The translations under genes were made by a program, and so were the position numbers. From Octopus vulgaris (Eukaryota): a stretch of 64,000 bases of DNA. Shown here one piece after another: positions 1-11,184 of the stretch (positions within the stretch are counted from its first letter, which is position 1; every line of letters begins with the position of its first letter). The stretch lies in the NCBI GenBank assembly GCA_951406725.2, contig OX597831.1:70246001-70310000 (forward strand). Reading direction: 5' to 3'. The notes under the pieces were generated by a model. That model was not told the DNA's origin. It ran no database searches and worked only from the letters and a program-made list of their open reading frames with translations.

Positions 1-115
1 AAGAAGGAAAGAAGGAGGGTTTAACGTCTCGAGCGGAGCTCATCGTCGGAAACATAGGAGAAGGAAAGATCCAGAGAAGGGAAGATGGAGGAAAAAAATC
101 CCCAACGGTACACAC
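1..115 (-). mobile_element. Penelope-like pLTR fragment with degenerate minimal hammerhead
   Basis: Minus strand reads gttt-CCGACGA-t-gagc-tcc-gctc-GAGAC-GTT-aaac: hammerhead layout with decayed core. Confidence 0.5.
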
Positions 116-139
116 ATATATATATTCATATATATACAT

Positions 140-180
<41 letters not shown>

Positions 181-184
<4 letters not shown>

Positions 185-487
185 TGTGATCACCGTGACC
201 AACCAGGCTATCAGATGTTGCTACACATCGCTGGTCACAATGCGCTTCGCATTGTTTTCAGCCTTCAAATGACGCCACTTCGCTGGCTAAGCGACCAGGC
301 CAACAGAAGAAAGACTGAGAGAAAGTTGTGGTGAAAGAGTACAGCAGGGATCGCCACCACCCACTACCGGAGCCTTGTGGAGCTTTAGGTGTTTTCGCTC
401 AATAAACACTCACAAGGCCTGGTTTGGGAATCGAAACCGCAATCCTACTGCAAGTCCACTGCCCTAACCACTGGGCCATTGCACCTC

Positions 488-489
<2 letters not shown>
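181..489 (-). mobile_element. tRNA-derived SINE (family C head, alternative 3' tail)
   Basis: Minus strand tggcccagtggttagggc (A box) and ggtttcgattccc (B box); body matches 25566-25876 but the tail differs. Confidence 0.8.
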
Positions 490-543
<54 letters not shown>

Positions 544-560
544 CATACATATTTATATAT

Positions 561-591
<31 letters not shown>

Positions 592-689
592 GAAAGAGAG
601 AGAGATAGAACCTGATGCACGATCTGACTTCTCTGCTTTCATCCAACCCAGGCCAGCATCGAACAAAGGACATGAAATGATGATGATGA

Positions 690-1165
690 TCTGCCCAGCG
701 GACATTACCATAAAGCTGAAGATCAGTGAAAAAGAGAATATCTACACTGAACTATTGATAAATTTGCCGTTACTCTATCCAGATTACAAGTTCAGGTTTA
801 TACCTGCAATTATTGGGGCCCTGGGATATGTAACACACTGCGTAAATAGTAATCTCGAGAAACTAGGCTTCTCAAAAACCAGAAATGATAAAGTTAATTT
901 GAAGATTATAGATCCAATCCATCACTGAAACTGTAAAAATCTGTAAAACTTTCCATTTAAATATATATGAGCAAGTCTAGATATGCAGCTATATGCATGA
1001 GAATACATACATAAAGCAAAACATACAAATCTGCACATATACATACATACAAAAATACATTGTGGTTGATGTTGAACTTCCAATGAAGGAGCTTGGATTT
1101 AGGTTAGAAACCGGCTCTTTCACTATTGGCTAGAAATCTTGAAATAAAACTGAATAATGACATAA
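690..1165 (+). mobile_element. 3' end of RLE-type (R4/R2-like) non-LTR retrotransposon
   Basis: CPADITIKLKISEKENIY...FIPAIIGALG; high identity to 53995-54670 including the 3' UTR ending gaaataaaactg. Confidence 0.8.
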
Positions 1166-1199
1166 ATACACACACACACACACAAACACACACAAACAC

Positions 1200-1584
1200 A
1201 GGTGCAAATGTGGCAGTGTGGTAAGAAGCTTGCTTCTCAACCACATGGTTCTAGGTTCAGTCCCACAGTGTGACACCTTGGGCAAATGTCTTATACTATA
1301 GTCTTGGGCCGACCAAATCCACATGAGTGGATTTGTTAGATAGAAGCTGAAAGAAGCCTGCTGTGTGTGTGTGTGTGTATTTGTCCCTTCATCTCTGTTT
1401 GATAACTGGTGTTGGTGTGTTTATGTCTTTGTCACTTAGTGGTTCAGCAAAAGAGACCAATGGAATAAGTACTAAGCTTAAGAAATAAGTCTTGGGGGTT
1501 GATTTGTTTGACTAAAACCCCTCAATGTGGTGCTCCAGCATGGTTGCAGTCAAATGACTGAAACAAGTAAAAGAATAAAAGAAT
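1200..1584 (+). mobile_element. SINE family A (tRNA head, internal microsatellite, LINE-like tail)
   Basis: tggcagtgtggtaag...ggttcagtccc...ccttgggcaaatgtc...cagcatggttgcagtcaaatgactgaaacaagtaaaag; many copies in the window. Confidence 0.85.
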
Positions 1585-2042
1585 CTACATACACACAAAC
1601 ATCATATATATCCATATGTATGTGTGACAATGTGTGTATGAATATATATAAAAACGTATATTATACGCAGAGTTCTGTTGTTTTTTGGATTTTTTTTCTG
1701 TAATCTTCTGCTTGCTTATGTATTGATGTTATTGCTGCCAATATTGAATTGAAATGGAAGAAAAGAGAAGGGAAGGAAAAAAAAAACGCAATTTTAGAGT
1801 GATTTACAACTCTGTCTGACACATACTGGTACAAAGGCATAAAGAACTGGAGAAGGTGGAGAAGAACCAACAGAAATACAAAATAATCAGCATAACTCTT
1901 CTAATATCATATAGAAGATACACATAAAAATATTCCTAATTATTATGTTCACAAATTGGTTAAATGAATGACAGAGTGGTTTCTAGCCATGACTTCTTTC
2001 CGATACAAATATGTCACCCAGCAAACTTTATTATTATTATTA

Positions 2043-2080
<38 letters not shown>

Positions 2081-2083
2081 GTT

Positions 2084-2116
<33 letters not shown>

Positions 2117-3804
2117 ATTATTATTGATGATTCTATCAATTTATTTGAAAAAAGGAAAGAAAATATATTCTAGAAATGTGCTGTTTTACTTTCTCTTTCG
2201 GTTATCCCTATCCCTTATATTTTCTATGTCTCTTTTTTCCTTTTTGTCTCAGAGTCTCTTGTCCACTCACATTCTACCACATGCACACATATATATATAA
2301 TATATGCCCTCACACACATATATCTAACTGGATCACTGTCTACTTCAGTGATGAATATTCAATCAATCAAACAACTGAAGTTCTTGCTCATTAAGTAACC
2401 ATTTAAGAGGTTGTGTATTCCACCCTTAATTCAAATCTCACACAAAATCAACGAGACACTCTCTAAAAAGGTTGACCTATTGAATTGTGAATTCCTTCAA
2501 TCTCAAGGGCTTCAAGAGTTTCTTTCTACCAAATTTCAGATGGACCCAAGACTCACTTGCCCAAGATGTTATGAGATAGGACTGAAATCAGAACCTTTTG
2601 ATTATAAGACAAACTGTTTAACAATTTGGCCAAGTTTTATCCACATTAATACACTTACAAATATTACACTCTCTCTACCTCTCACTCTTCTTTTCTAATC
2701 CCATGAAAAAGTATACACTCTGACATCCTTCTTTTACTGTGCATGAAGAGATGGAAATCAGTGGTATAGCCAATTCATTTGCCTTTCACAGCAAGTCTTA
2801 AATTGTATGTTTGAGAAAAAAGAAGTATACCCTACGTGTCAAATTATTTAAAGATACTCTGAAGTGAACTATGAATTATGTAATAGAAATATATATCCTA
2901 TTCATTCCTTCCTCTCTCTGTAGCCGTGTTTTGCATTATATATCTCTTGCTCACAACATATAGATAAATACATACACAGATGCATCTATGTGTGTGTGTG
3001 TGTGTATCCATTTTGCCGCCTGTCTCACTACCTCACCTTCCCTCATACTTTCAGAGTGTCCCACTCATTCTCTTTATCACACTATATCAAACGCAGTTGC
3101 TATCTTTTTTATATTATCTCTCTTTCCTCACATACACACGTTCTACTCTTTCTTTCTTTCTTTCACTTCACTCTCTTTCTCTCCCTCTCTCTCATACACA
3201 TACACATTATCCTCAAATTCTCAAGGACCCTGCTATTCTCTCCATCTTTAAACTATAATGATTTATTATTATTAGCATCATTTTCTCTGCAGAATTCCTG
3301 CTTTTATGTTATGAAAAGATCTATGATTTATAAACATGTTTTTTCCTCTCTTCTTGGAATCAATAGTTAATATGATTGTTATATCAAGTAATTTGTAAAG
3401 AAATTGGTCTTTTTATTTCATTCTTATTTTGTATATCAAACTTGAAGTCATATCTTCGTGCTTTCACAATAGCTCACAAATGATTTCACCAATAACAATT
3501 CTATTTTGAAGTCTTTGATACAACTGTATTCAGCTACAGATTCTTTATACATACAACTGTTTCAGCTTTGACTAATAATGAAAAAAATAATAAACCTGTT
3601 TTTGTATACAATGCTGTATTTTGTTTGTGGGTAAAATTCTAGTAAAAGTGTTGCTATGAACATCAATTAAAATAGTTAAAGAAAACTTTGTGTACTAAAT
3701 TATGATGATTCTTATCATACACACAAAGCCAAGGCTTTGGTAAGGAGAAAAGAGTTGATTATATCAACCCTAGTGTTTGATTGCTTTTTTACACCATTTT
3801 GACC

Positions 3805-4260
3805 CTGTGCTTGAGGAGATCCATTGAGTCAAGTACACCAACATCAAAATCAATGGAAACTGCAGTTGTGATCCCTGTGCCGGTGGCACGTAAAAATCAC
3901 CATCTGAACGTGGCCGATGCCAGCGCCACCTAGACTGGCTTCCGTGCCGGTGGCACGTAAAAAGCACCATCTGAATCATGGCCGATGCCAGCGCCGCCTT
4001 GACTGGCTTCCGTGCTGGTGGCACGTAAAATGCACCAATCCGATCGTGGCCGTTGCCAGCCTCGCCTGGCACCTGTGCAGGTGGCACGTAAAAAGGACCC
4101 ACTACACTCATGGAGTGGTTGGCGTTAGGAAGGGCATCCAGCTGTAGAAACACTGCCAGATCAGACTGGAGCCTGGTGCAGCCTTCTGGCTTCCCAGATC
4201 CCCAGTCGAAACGTCCAACCCATGCTAGCATGGAGAACAGACGTTAAACGATGATGATGA
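3805..4260 (+). mobile_element. RTE-associated SINE-like element with internal ~65-bp tandem units and (TGA)n tail
   Basis: Repeated gtgccggtggcacgtaaaa units, then ttggcgttaggaagggcatccagctgtag ... gacgttaaacgatgatgatga; homologous to 15035, 40680, 48580 and 48960. Confidence 0.75.
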
Positions 4261-4404
4261 CCTCTGAAAGATTTGAACTTGGAACATAGAGAACTACAAC
4301 TAAATGCTACAAGGCATTTTTGTCCAATGCTTTAATGATTTTGCCAATCCTCTACCCTGAATAATAAAGTGAAAAAGATTATCACCATCACTGTCAATAG
4401 GAAG

Positions 4405-5002
4405 CATATATGCTGAAAATAGCAGTCAAATTTTCATTGTACCAAACACTACCATCTTACACATGCAATTCTAGATACACTATTCATTAACACAAGATGA
4501 AGTGGTCATGAATGGAAAGTTTTTAGTCACAGGCCTAATTTGGGGCTAGAAAAATCAAAAACAAAGCTTTTGTGGGAGCCTTTATGTGGTTGCTTAGGCT
4601 GCTAGACATAGCAACCATATATTCATTGAATTTGAATTCCCCCAAAAAATAACACACATTAGATAATATAGTCCAAGGTATACCTAAAATTATGTGATGA
4701 CCACAACTGCTTGATCTTTCATCATTGATCTGGTTGATCAGGGTTGATCTGGAATAAAGCAACAGTAATAAGAGCAATATTAATGGTAAACTAGGAAAGA
4801 AACTTCTTTAGGATCCTTAAATATGCAAGAAATAACAGCCAGGTATTTGTCAGATTACTCTGTACCACTTTTATAAAGTAAATATTAACCAGTAAGGTTC
4901 AGAATATGACTTTCTGGGCAAAGATAAAAGACTGAATGGTCAATGCTTGACTATTTTTGATCATATGTCATTTGATTTGGGCTGATTTGAAGTTAAATGA
5001 CA
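4405..5002 (+). repeat. Three diverged head-to-tail copies of a ~190-bp repeat
   Basis: Recurring gaaatagcagccaa-like start and ggtcatg...gatcagggctgatctggggctaaa-like end near 4411, 4600 and 4825. Confidence 0.45.
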
Positions 5003-5163
5003 ATGAACCACCTTTTGATGGTCATCACACTATTGTCACATCTATCAATGGAACTCTTTTTGCATTACATTCTTTCAATTCCATCATATCCCAGATTTCA
5101 GTTTTGTTCCCAGCTCTATAGCTTTTATAAAACAACATCTGCAAGTAGATATATGTTATTTAA

Positions 5164-5385
5164 CCCTTTTGTTACCATATTTCTGTTGAGATGCTCTGTG
5201 TTTCTTTTAATTAATTTAAAATATAACAAAGAATTTAGTAAAATAACTTAGTTATCATTAATCTAGTGTTAGGAACGTAAATTGTGACTAAGGTTTGATG
5301 GAAGATTTCAATTCAAAACTTATGAAAACAAGACATTTGTACTACAGAACCAGAGGCGGTTTCAGCCAGGTTGGTCACGAAAGGG
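5164..5385. mobile_element. Non-autonomous piggyBac-type MITE (222 bp)
   Basis: TTAA|CCCTTT...AAAGGG|TTAA; second copy in opposite orientation at 24962-25183. Confidence 0.9.
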
Positions 5386-5789
5386 TTAAAGCATTTAAAT
5401 ACAAAGAAACGGAAAAAAAGAGATAGGAGAAAGGAAAAGAAAAAAAGAAAAGGGATGGGGAAAATAGGGATAACAGCAGTTCATTGGAGAAGTGAGCCCC
5501 GTTAGGTGAAGTGACTGGTGCAGCAAGTGTCACTAGTCATTCCCCATGGTATCACCATCACAGTAATTACCATGGGGAATGGCTAAGCACACCATTCCTT
5601 CTGGAGTATGTGGTTCATCAACCCCTCGCCTTCCATCTTCTGTTGTTTTAGCCACCGTTTTCTTTTCTTTCCCTCTCTTATCTCTCTTTTTCTTTGTTCC
5701 ATATTTACAACAATGATTCTCTTTCTTTCATATCCAACAAGGCCAACTCATATACAGCTGACACTACACTTCATTTTCTTCTGATTTCT

Positions 5790-6319
5790 AGCTATGGGAT
5801 TCAAGCCTCTTCTCCTTATCTCCTCAAAGACATACATCATCTCGAAAGAGTCCAGAAGCTGGCTACCCGCATGGTTCTTGGTCTCAAGCATTTGTCTTAT
5901 GAAGAAAGGCGGCTGAAGACGCTCAACCTTTATTCTCTAGAAAAACGCCGCTGCCGTGGTGATCTCATTCTTGCTCACAACATCATAAGCGGAAAGTGTA
6001 ACCTCTCGAAAGAGCTGTTCTTCACTCCTGCTCCAGAGCGTTGGCTGTGGGGTCACTCCGAAAAGCTCTATCTGCGACGATTTCATCTCAATTGAAGGAG
6101 AGGGGCTTTCTCCGTCTGGGTTGTGGATCCGTGGAATAAGCTGCCGGACGAGATAGTGAAGATGCCGACGACTGCTCGGTTCAAAGTCTCTCTTGACCAG
6201 AAATGGCCTGAACTCTTTGCATGAACACCCTCCCTGTACATAACTCCATGTCCCCCTACATGGCCTTGCTTTTTGCTTTTTGAGCCAAAAAATTAACTTA
6301 ACTTAACTTAACTTAACTT
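5790..6319 (+). mobile_element. CR1/L2-group LINE 3' fragment
   Basis: LERVQKLATRMV..LSYEERR..LYSLEKRRCRGDLI motif and (AACTT)n tail. It interrupts an older RT fragment (YNND...YTADTTL, 5700-5790). Confidence 0.9.
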
Positions 6320-6399
6320 GTAGCTTTGACCTTGTACATCAAACCCACACTGATTCCATGGAAAGTGACCATGCAAGCATCTTTTAATAAGGTTATGTT

Positions 6400-6585
6400 A
6401 ATTATGAGGGGATGGCATCAATTGATTACATCAACCCTGGTACTGAACTGATACTTATCGTATCGATCCTGAAAGGATGAAGGGCAAAGTCAACCTCAGT
6501 GAAATTTGAACTCAGAACATAATGATAAATACCACTAAGCATTTAGCTTGGCATGGTAACCATCATGCCAGTTCGTCTGCCTCAT
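6400..6585 (-). mobile_element. SINE family B (tRNA head plus cctttcatcctttcggggtcgataa central motif), degraded
   Basis: Reverse complement of gagttcaaatt...ttcatcctttc...gataagtatcag. Confidence 0.7.
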
Positions 6586-7076
6586 ATATTGAGTGCAATA
6601 GTCAGTATAATTGTTGAGTGTAATGTTGACGACTTTGGGTAATGAGTATGATACTGAGTGTGCTGTTGTATATGATTTGCAAGGGTCTCATCGGTCATAT
6701 TCGAAGTTATTTGGTGTTGCTTCTTTGAAGAGAGAGACTGAAGATTTGCTAGAAGCTACTTTTTATTTGTACAGCAGTTTCTCTTCCTATTTTATTGGTC
6801 TTTGTGCCTATTTCTTCTTTAATGTCATCTTGTCATTTGATTTATTTTGAGGGTTATTTCAACAGTTGTTTCCTTTCTTTACATTATGAAGAATTAGTTA
6901 TGTATAAAAAGACATATAAGGAAATATTCAATATCAACAATATTTTATGAGTGTCATTGCTGTAACAACATTTATGGAAGCAAGTGTTAAAATAGACTTC
7001 TTTCATTGAATATGTCTGTTCTTTTTATCATTTATATATATATATATTTATACACACACACAAACATATATATGTA

Positions 7077-7077
7077 G

Positions 7078-7154
<77 letters not shown>

Positions 7155-7171
7155 TAGATATAGATAGATAG
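7077..7171. repeat. (GATA)n microsatellite
   Basis: Direct reading. Confidence 0.95.
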
Positions 7172-7313
7172 GTTTAAGAGACAGAATCACCCTCAAGCAA
7201 CTCAATCATCATTCAACGACATTATCTACGATAGGTACATATAGGACTAAATATTAAAATTATCAAAATTAATACCTTCAATTCTTATTCTAGATCATAT
7301 TCTTTACATCATA

Positions 7314-7416
7314 TAGACTACGTACGTTTCATGACAACATATTCCTCAATATTGGTGAATTAGGTCTCAAATACAATACCATATTAAAACTATTATATTG
7401 CCAATCTGCAGGTTTA
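7314..7416 (-). ncRNA. Type-I hammerhead ribozyme-like motif with long stem II
   Basis: taaac-CTGCAGA-t-tggcaatat...atgttgtca-t-GAAAC-gtac-GTA-gtcta; stem II pairs 9/9 including G.U; palindromic stem III ACGTACGT. Confidence 0.55.
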
Positions 7417-7862
7417 GATTATATGGACTTATTTTGCTATTTACATCCAATATGAAGACATGACAAACTAAGTTACATAACTAGAGATTGTCAGAATAAT
7501 TTTACTTTAGTAAATAATGAACAGAAATGTGGAATAAAAGTAGTGGGGAAAAATGTTAGTAAAAAGAAATGTTAACTTATCTGTATGGTAATTTTCTCTC
7601 CACGAATTAAACATGGCTACCACATAAAGCAATTGTATAATTCAACTTTGGGAGCTACTGTGTAGGGGTGATAATTCTTATTAACATTTAAAAGTTCTTA
7701 AAATGTATTTTCTATTATTTATATTTACCATGTAAGGGAAGTGAATAAATAATAAATCAGGAGAAGCCAGAAGTGCACGATGGGAATAGCCTGATTTTTT
7801 ACATGGTTAGTTTTTCTCCCCTGTGGACTCAGAAATAACTTCCCTAATCAATATATATATAC

Positions 7863-7954
<92 letters not shown>

Positions 7955-7971
7955 ATATGTATGTATGTATG

Positions 7972-8005
<34 letters not shown>

Positions 8006-8989
8006 TATGTATGTATGTATATATATATATATATATAATCAAAATAAGCAACAAGGTTATCCAAGATAGTGTAGTACAATTGTTTCATGCTACTTCATTT
8101 TATTAAACACTAAGTATTACATCAGTTTTAAAATGTCGAGCAACCTTCAGACACATATAGAATTTTTTAATTAAACGGACAATGCACATTTTTATATTTA
8201 TTTCATTTGCCAACATTACAAAGAGGGAAGATATATAGACAGAGACGTTAATTCCATCATTAAGAACATGGTGGTAGTATGTTCTTCTCCATCTGTAGAT
8301 TTTTTATCACTGAGTTCACTTTGTTATTTAGATCTATCAGTGGGGAGGGGGTTTCTATTCTTGGTTCAATCGAAACAAACAAGAATTTTTTCTATTTATA
8401 GATAGAGGAAGGGATAGTACAAATGTCAAAGCCATAAATCCATCCTCATTTTGAGAAATTTAACTTAGACATATTTGAGTGTATTATAGCAAAAGTTAGT
8501 AGGCTGAAGTTAGTGGGGTAGGGAGAATAGAGACTACTAAAGCTCTAGAGGTTTTCAATATCCCTTACCATTTAACAGCCATAATTCTGCTCGTGAATTT
8601 TAAATAAATATCTTTTTAATAATTTTCAAAAGGATTGCAATAAATTTTAGTATCTTATATAGGGATAGAAAATATAGAAATCTTTTCATATTTATATAAA
8701 TATATATATATTCATTTCTATTAATATAGAATCATAGTTAGTAAATAGTGATTTATTTTATTATTGAGTTAACTTAAAAGAATATGCTAGACATAATATT
8801 TACTAACTGTAAAAAAAAACAACCTTATCAATTTAGCACATATATCAGGAGTCAATAAGATATATTAAAAAGTAATGGAAGGGAGGTAATCAAGATGAAC
8901 CAGATAATTTCCCTAGATATATAGAATTGATTGCAATCCCCTATAGGAGAGTATCAAAAATTCTAATTTCACTATATTCAAATTTATTT

Positions 8990-9357
8990 ATATATATATA
9001 CATAGGTGAGCACAAGTATGTATGCACACCGCATTTTGCGGTGCAGTTTAACCAAAACTGGGTATCTTATAGTCGTGATTCATATCGAGCCCTTCTGGGT
9101 ATTAGCGCGCATCTACGATGAGTCTACGATTTTAAAAATAATTTACCATAATTTTTTTCCATTTTCATGCATATTTTTTTAAAGGGAAGTAACTCACTAA
9201 AAATGTCTACGATGAGTCAACGATTTTTTAAAAAATTTACCATCATATTTTTTCCATTTTTAATGCATTTTTTTGCTATTTTTTGGCTATAACTCTCTAA
9301 AAAGGCTGTATAGTTATTTCCCTTACAAACCCGAGCAACGCTGGGCAATACTGCTAG
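8990..9357 (+). mobile_element. Non-autonomous Helitron
   Basis: 3' hairpin cccgagcaacgctggg (9330-9345), 8 nt before CTAG|T; internal ~95-bp direct repeat. Confidence 0.7.
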
Positions 9358-9360
9358 TAT

Positions 9361-9965
9361 GAATATAAAAAAATGGAACAAAATGCAATAGAGGACAATA
9401 AAGCATTCAGACAGGTAGACAATACAAAGGTGAACAAGAAAGAAAAGTCAACAAGTTTTCCAATCCTTCCACCCCACTACCCTCTACCCTTCTCTCCTCC
9501 TTCTACATCACCAGTGTCTGGCCAGCCTTGATCTTTCTTTCTTGGCCTGACTGCTGACCACCAACACCTCTTATGTCCATCTCCTATGGTCCTGCCTTAA
9601 GGCTTTCACTTTATACACGCCAGCTCAATTTGATTTTTTCTCAGTCGAAAGACACCTGTTGTTATATTCCTGTTGTTCGTATTTGTAATTATGTACCATG
9701 TTCTCTGTTTTTTTGCCTTTCTTGCTGTACACATTTGTTAGCTTTCTTACAAGAAGCCTAATGCTCTTAACTTAGACTTTTTGGGGGCAACCAGATTGAA
9801 TAGTCTCAAGTGTAACTACCCGAAACTGTATGGACACCTGATAACTTGACTGAATAAAGAAGGCCATGAATGACCCGTCCTTTCTTTCCTGTCTACCTTT
9901 GTATTGTCTATCTGTCCAAATGTTTTATTGTCCTCTATTACGATTTTGTTCCATTTTTAATATTT
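9361..9965. mobile_element. Penelope-like element remnant with inverted terminal arms
   Basis: 9361-9445 is the reverse complement of ~9880-9965; the right arm resembles 61690-61776. Confidence 0.55.
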
Positions 9966-10284
9966 ATATATGTGCATATATATGTATATACATATATATA
10001 TAAACACACACACACACACACATACACACACATATATATATCCAGATATACATATACATAAATACATACACACACACACATATATATATATATACATATA
10101 TATATGTACATATATATACACAAACACACATATATATGCATACACACACATGCACACATATATATATATACATACTTATATACATATATATATATATATG
10201 TACATTTATATGTGTGTATATATATATATATACACACACACACACATACATATGCACATATATATATATACATATATATACACG

Positions 10285-10350
<66 letters not shown>

Positions 10351-10775
10351 CAGAAGTGATTGTATATCAGTTCATTAGTAAATGGGAAAATAGATACATT
10401 TCTCACATACTACATACAATAGCTAGACAAGTATAATTACTAGGCTTTTTAGCTATTTCTGCACATTTAGATAGTCGTTTTCTATTGCTATATCAATTGT
10501 TAAAAGACCATTGTCATTCCTGTCATGGAAAATGATATCAAGTTTATTATGTGATGCAAAAGTTGCATACATTCTTTACATTGTCATCTTTGAAGACAGT
10601 CACAGGTTCAGATGAGTACTGCAAAACTCAAAGATGTAGAAACTTTGTAATCAACTGTGTATTAGATCAATTTCACTATGTCCTTAGGAATTATTATTAG
10701 CAAAACTATTGTTAGTAAATGTGAAAGAAGTTAGATTCATCATCATCATCATCATCATCATTCAATAGTCTTTAT

Positions 10776-11184
10776 AGGCGTAGGAGTGGCTGTGTGGTAA
10801 GTAGCTAGCTTGCGAACTACATGGTTCTGGGTTCAGTATCACTGCATGGCACCTTGAGCAAGTGTCTTCTACTATAGCCTTGGGCCAACCAAAGCCTTGT
10901 GAGTGGATTTGGTAGACAGAAACTGAAAGAAGCCTGTCGTATATATGTATATATATATATATGAGTGTTTATGTTTGTGTGTCTGTGTTTGTCCCTCCAA
11001 CATCGCTTGACAACCGATGCTGGTGCGTTTATGTCCCGGTAACTTAGCGGTTCGGCAAAAGAGACCGATAGAATAAGTACTAGGCTTACAAAGAATAAGT
11101 CCTGGGGTTGATGTGCTCGACTAAAGGCGGTGCTCCCTGCATGGCCACAGTCAAATGACTGAAACAAGTAAAAGAGTAAAGAGT
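10776..11184 (+). mobile_element. SINE family A, full length
   Basis: ggcgtaggagtggctgtgtggtaag ... tgactgaaacaagtaaaagag. Confidence 0.9.

Noticed and set aside
3877-4100. CRISPR-like spacing of ~65-bp units with a palindromic motif
   Set aside because: The intervening sequences are homologous to each other, there are no cas genes, and the context is a eukaryotic SINE.
9740-9835. Hammerhead in the 9361-9965 element (cccGAAACtGTA)
   Set aside because: No recognisable CUGANGA or stem I; too degenerate to call.
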